Source of the DNA: a virus
IMG/VR virus record: IMGVR_UViG_3300023179_003528
Location: 12,455 to 76,454 of that record
Reading direction: 5' to 3' (one strand)
Length of the DNA stretch: 64,000 nt
A program made the translations under genes and the position numbers. Positions 60,743 to 64,000 of this stretch are shown here, piece by piece (position 1 is the first letter of the stretch; the number at the start of each line of letters is the position of its first letter). The notes beneath the pieces are model-generated. The model worked only from the letters and a program-made list of their open reading frames with translations. It was not told the DNA's origin and made no database searches.

Positions 60743-61372
60743 ATGAAACTGGCCTATCTTCGTGAACATCTAAGTTTTGATCAGGCTCAAGCTGTGCTTG
60801 AGTCTGATGACAAGGATGGCAAAAGCCTTTATCTAAAAGGCATAGCGATTCAAGGAGGTATACGCAATGCCAACCAGAGAGTTTATCCTGTTGATGAAAT
60901 TGAACGTGCAGTTAAAACACTTAACGACCAGATTCAAAACGGATATTCTGTTCTAGGCGAAGTTGATCATCCTGATGATTTAAAAGTTAATTTGGACCGC
61001 GTATCACATATGATTACTCAGATGTGGATGGAGGGTCCGAACGGATATGGAAAGATGAAAATCCTTCCAACTCCAATGGGTAACTTAGTTCGTACCATGC
61101 TGGAAAGCGGTGTAAAACTTGGTGTAAGTTCTCGTGGTAGCGGCAATGTTAACGACATGAACGGCCATGTGTCTGATTTCGAGATTATCACGGTAGATGT
61201 AGTTGCTCAACCAAGTGCGCCCGGTGCGTATCCTACTCCTGTTTATGAACATCTCATGAATTCACGTAATGGATATCGTACTATAAAGGTAGCACAAGAA
61301 GTAAAAGAAGATCCAAAGGCCCAGAAATATTTGAAAGAATCACTTCTTACAATTATAAAAGGTCTAAAATAA
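60743..61372 (+). CDS. gp21: prohead protease
   Basis: NANQRVYP, LGEVDHP, VSH, GVSSRGSG and DVVAQPSAPGA motifs. Confidence 0.95.
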   Translation: MKLAYLREHLSFDQAQAVLESDDKDGKSLYLKGIAIQGGIRNANQRVYPVDEIERAVKTLNDQIQNGYSVLGEVDHPDDLKVNLDRVSHMITQMWMEGPNGYGKMKILPTPMGNLVRTMLESGVKLGVSSRGSGNVNDMNGHVSDFEIITVDVVAQPSAPGAYPTPVYEHLMNSRNGYRTIKVAQEVKEDPKAQKYLKESLLTIIKGLK

Positions 61373-61390
61373 GCCCGAGGAGAAAAGTAA

Positions 61391-62476
61391 ATGTTGGACG
61401 CATTCAAAAAGCTAGTCGAAAGTGGAGTTCTATCAGAAGAAGTTGGATCTGAATTAGAAACTGCTCTGGCTGCTAAAATTCAAGAGAATCGCGACCAAGT
61501 AACTGCTCAACTTCGAGAAGAATTTGCTACAAAATATCAACATGATAAGCAGTTGATGGTTGAAGCTATCGACAAGATGTTAAGCGAGAGACTGGCCGTT
61601 GAAATGGCCGAATTGCATGAAGACAAAAAATCTCTAGCAGAAACAAAAGCAGCATACAAGGCAAGAATTGCTGAAGATGCCAAGAAGCTAGAAGGTTTTG
61701 TAATCAAGCAGCTAGGTAAAGAACTAGTAGAATTCCAAGGCGATCGTAAGAAAGTCAGTGAGAATTTTGCCAAGTTAGAGCAATTTGTTGTTCATGCTCT
61801 AGCTAAAGAAATTTCAGAATTTGCTCAAGATAAGAAAGATCTTGCAGAGACCAAGGTTAAACTTGTTCGTGAAGCAAGAGCAAAGTTTGAAGAAATAAAA
61901 GCCGATTTTATCAAGCGAGGTGCTAAGGTTGTTGAAAACGCTGTTACTAAAAAACTTACAAGTGAAATTACTCAGTTGAAAGAAGATATTGACAGTGCTC
62001 GCAACAATTCATTTGGCCGTAAGATTTATGAAGCATTTGCACAAGAGTATTCCGCATCATTCCTTAATGAAAAATCAGAAACAGCAAAACTGTTAAAAAT
62101 TATTCAAAAGAAAGATCAAGAATTATCTGAAGCAAAACAGGCTATTGCCCAAAAAGCTAACATTGTGGAATCTAAAGAACGCGAAATTCGTGTTACTAAA
62201 GATTTAATGGAACGCAAACAGGTAATGGCAGAACTATTAGCACCGTTGGGAGCTGATAAGAAGGAGCTTATGAAGCAGTTATTAGAAAGTGTTCAAACTT
62301 CTAAGCTTCAAACAGCTTTTGACAAGTACCTACCAACAGTAATGGAAGGTGAATTCAAAAAACCAGCCAAGTCTGTATTAACTGAGGGAACCGAAGTTAC
62401 TGGGAATCGTGAGACAAAGCCAGAGGTAGGCTTAGATAATATATTAGATATCCGTAAGTTGGCGGGTCTAAAATAA
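61391..62476 (+). CDS. gp22: prohead scaffold protein (gp22-like)
   Basis: Coiled-coil, Glu/Lys-rich, GRKIYEAF motif; lies between protease and capsid. Confidence 0.8.
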   Translation: MLDAFKKLVESGVLSEEVGSELETALAAKIQENRDQVTAQLREEFATKYQHDKQLMVEAIDKMLSERLAVEMAELHEDKKSLAETKAAYKARIAEDAKKLEGFVIKQLGKELVEFQGDRKKVSENFAKLEQFVVHALAKEISEFAQDKKDLAETKVKLVREARAKFEEIKADFIKRGAKVVENAVTKKLTSEITQLKEDIDSARNNSFGRKIYEAFAQEYSASFLNEKSETAKLLKIIQKKDQELSEAKQAIAQKANIVESKEREIRVTKDLMERKQVMAELLAPLGADKKELMKQLLESVQTSKLQTAFDKYLPTVMEGEFKKPAKSVLTEGTEVTGNRETKPEVGLDNILDIRKLAGLK

Positions 62477-62494
62477 TTCAAGGAGACAAAAGAA

Positions 62495-63676
62495 ATGTCA
62501 CAACTATTAAATGAAAGATGGTCAGAGACCAAAGAAGCTCTGCTTGAAGGCCTATCTGGTAACCGTCGTGCATCTATGGGCGTATGCTTAGAAAATACAC
62601 GTAAGTACTTGGCTGAAAGCGCAACAGCTGGGGCAACCAGCGCTGGTAATATTGCCACATTAAATCGCGTAATTTTACCGGTTATCCGTCGTGTTATGCC
62701 CACAGTTATTGCTAACGAAATCATTGGCGTTCAGCCAATGACAGGACCTGTTGCCCAGATCCACACGCTACGTGTTCGTTATGCAGACAGTGGTGATAAT
62801 GTAGTTGCAGGTGAAGAGGCACTTAGCCCATTCAAGATTGCTGCTGCTTATTCTGGAAATAATGTTGACAGCGCACCTAAGGCGCAGACAACTGCAAACT
62901 TAGAAGGTCAACCAGGTAAGCGTATGAGCATTCAGATCTTAAAGACACCAGTAGAAGCTAAGAGCCGCAAGCTATCAGCTCGCTGGACCTTTGAGGCTGC
63001 TCAAGATGCGCAAGCACAACAGGGTATTGACATTGAGGCAGAAATCATGGCTGCTTTAGCTCAAGAAATAACAGCTGAAATTGACCAAGAAATTCTAGCT
63101 TCTCTACGTAGTTTAGCCAGTGTAGAAGAAACATATGACCAGTCATTAGTTTCGGGAACTGCTACATTTGTTGGTGACGAACATGCTGCTCTGGCAATTC
63201 AAATCAACCGTGTTAGTAACTTGATTGCTCAGCGTACACGTCGTGGCGCTGGTAATTGGGCAGTTGTCAGTAACCAGGCTCTAACAATTCTACAGAGCGC
63301 AACAACTAGTGCATTTGCTCGCACCACAGAAGGCACATTTGAAGCTCCCACAAACACCAAGTTTGTTGGGACATTGAATGGCGCAATGCGTGTCTATGTA
63401 GATGCATACATGGCTGACACAACAGCACAGAATGACAACCAAATTCTTGTTGGTTATAAGGGTTCAAGCGAAGCTGACGCTGCTGCTTTCTACTGCCCCT
63501 ATATTCCTCTTATGAGTTCTGGTGTTGTTCTAGACCCGGCAACATTTGAGCCAGTAGTTGGCTTCTTAACACGTTACGGCTATGTTGAGTTAACAAACAC
63601 AGCATCTAGCTTAGGTAACGCTGCTGACTATCTAGGTAAAGTTTCTATTACTACAGCTAACGTTAGCTTCAAGTAA
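62495..63676 (+). CDS. gp23: major capsid protein
   Basis: RRVMP..IA..I.GVQPMTGP, AKSRKL.A.WT.E.AQD, EI..EID.E, GYKG.SE.DA..FYCPY.PL and TRYG motifs. Confidence 0.96.
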   Translation: MSQLLNERWSETKEALLEGLSGNRRASMGVCLENTRKYLAESATAGATSAGNIATLNRVILPVIRRVMPTVIANEIIGVQPMTGPVAQIHTLRVRYADSGDNVVAGEEALSPFKIAAAYSGNNVDSAPKAQTTANLEGQPGKRMSIQILKTPVEAKSRKLSARWTFEAAQDAQAQQGIDIEAEIMAALAQEITAEIDQEILASLRSLASVEETYDQSLVSGTATFVGDEHAALAIQINRVSNLIAQRTRRGAGNWAVVSNQALTILQSATTSAFARTTEGTFEAPTNTKFVGTLNGAMRVYVDAYMADTTAQNDNQILVGYKGSSEADAAAFYCPYIPLMSSGVVLDPATFEPVVGFLTRYGYVELTNTASSLGNAADYLGKVSITTANVSFK

Positions 63677-63702
63677 TTTAGAAAAAGTTGTTTTATGGAG
63701 AT

Positions 63703-63731
63703 ACAAGAACCCGCTTTGGCGGGTTTCTTGT
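63703..63731 (+). terminator. intrinsic terminator after the major capsid gene
   Basis: ACAAG-AACCCGC-TTTG-GCGGGTT-TCTTGT. Confidence 0.8.
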
Positions 63732-63737
63732 TAAATA
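63732..63737 (+). promoter_or_regulatory. late promoter TAAATA
   Basis: Immediately after the terminator and before the next structural gene. Confidence 0.55.
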
Positions 63738-63798
63738 CACTGTCTAATTATGCGGCACCAACCGCGTAGACCTCGAACGTCATAATAAGGAGAAACAA

Positions 63799-64000
63799 AT
63801 GGGACGTCCAATTAAAAAGAAATTTTTCGGTAACCTAAATCAAGGTTCAACTAGCACCACAACTGACAACGGAATTGGTGGTGAAGGAGTAGCTAGTGTA
63901 ACCATATTAACAACTGGTTCTGGTTTTAATAGCACAACTACAACAGTTACATTTACAGCACCACAATTACCTGGAGGCGTTACAGCTCAAGGATCGGCAA
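63799..64000 (+). CDS. 5' part of a virion structural protein (truncated by the window edge)
   Basis: TAAGGAG RBS; MGRPIKKKFFGNLNQGSTSTTTDNGIGGEGVASVTILTTGSGF..., open to the end of the window. Confidence 0.75.
   Translation, partial: MGRPIKKKFFGNLNQGSTSTTTDNGIGGEGVASVTILTTGSGFNSTTTTVTFTAPQLPGGVTAQGSA

Noticed and set aside
691-62724. Many short alternative-frame and antisense ORFs in the track (e.g. 2257-2730, 29352-29879, 62308-62724)
   Set aside because: They lie within well-supported genes and show no recognisable motifs; they are best explained as shadow ORFs.
1-64000. Stop-codon reassignment
   Set aside because: Very long genes are intact under the standard code, and TAA, TGA and TAG all end genes at tight junctions.
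1-64000. CRISPR array, tRNA genes, reverse transcriptase/DGR, integrase or transposase
   Set aside because: None was recognised by eye. The only tandem repeats found are within coding regions, and the intergenic gaps are too short or lack the pattern.

Overview
This is a 64 kb, AT-rich segment of a large T4-like (myovirus-type) dsDNA phage using the standard genetic code, probably infecting a Gram-negative host. The + strand from 0.5 to 20.6 kb holds replication and nucleotide genes: family B DNA polymerase, sliding clamp, RNase H, a MoxR ATPase/vWA pair and ThyA. It also holds a 7-deazaguanine DNA-modification cluster (TGT/DpdA-like, QueD-paralogue, QueE and a GT-B glycosyltransferase). The - strand from 20.6 to 47.6 kb is a baseplate and fibre module, including a giant protein of about 4,575 aa. 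It is followed by the gp55-like late sigma factor, gp47/gp46, a short GIY-YIG gene with a ~410-nt structured non-coding element, gp26/gp51-like genes, a tape-measure candidate and the head operon (portal, protease, scaffold, major capsid). Most notable signals read by hand: (1) the GIY-YIG gene plus GC-rich structured element; (2) a DfrB/R67-type DHFR homologue overlapping thyA; (3) the deazaguanine plus glycosyltransferase cluster; (4) two -1 frameshift signals missed by the ORF track; (5) a duplicated, covarying hairpin over the DNA polymerase RBS; (6) late promoters positioned to give leaderless mRNAs. All functional calls come from motif recognition only; no database searches were run.
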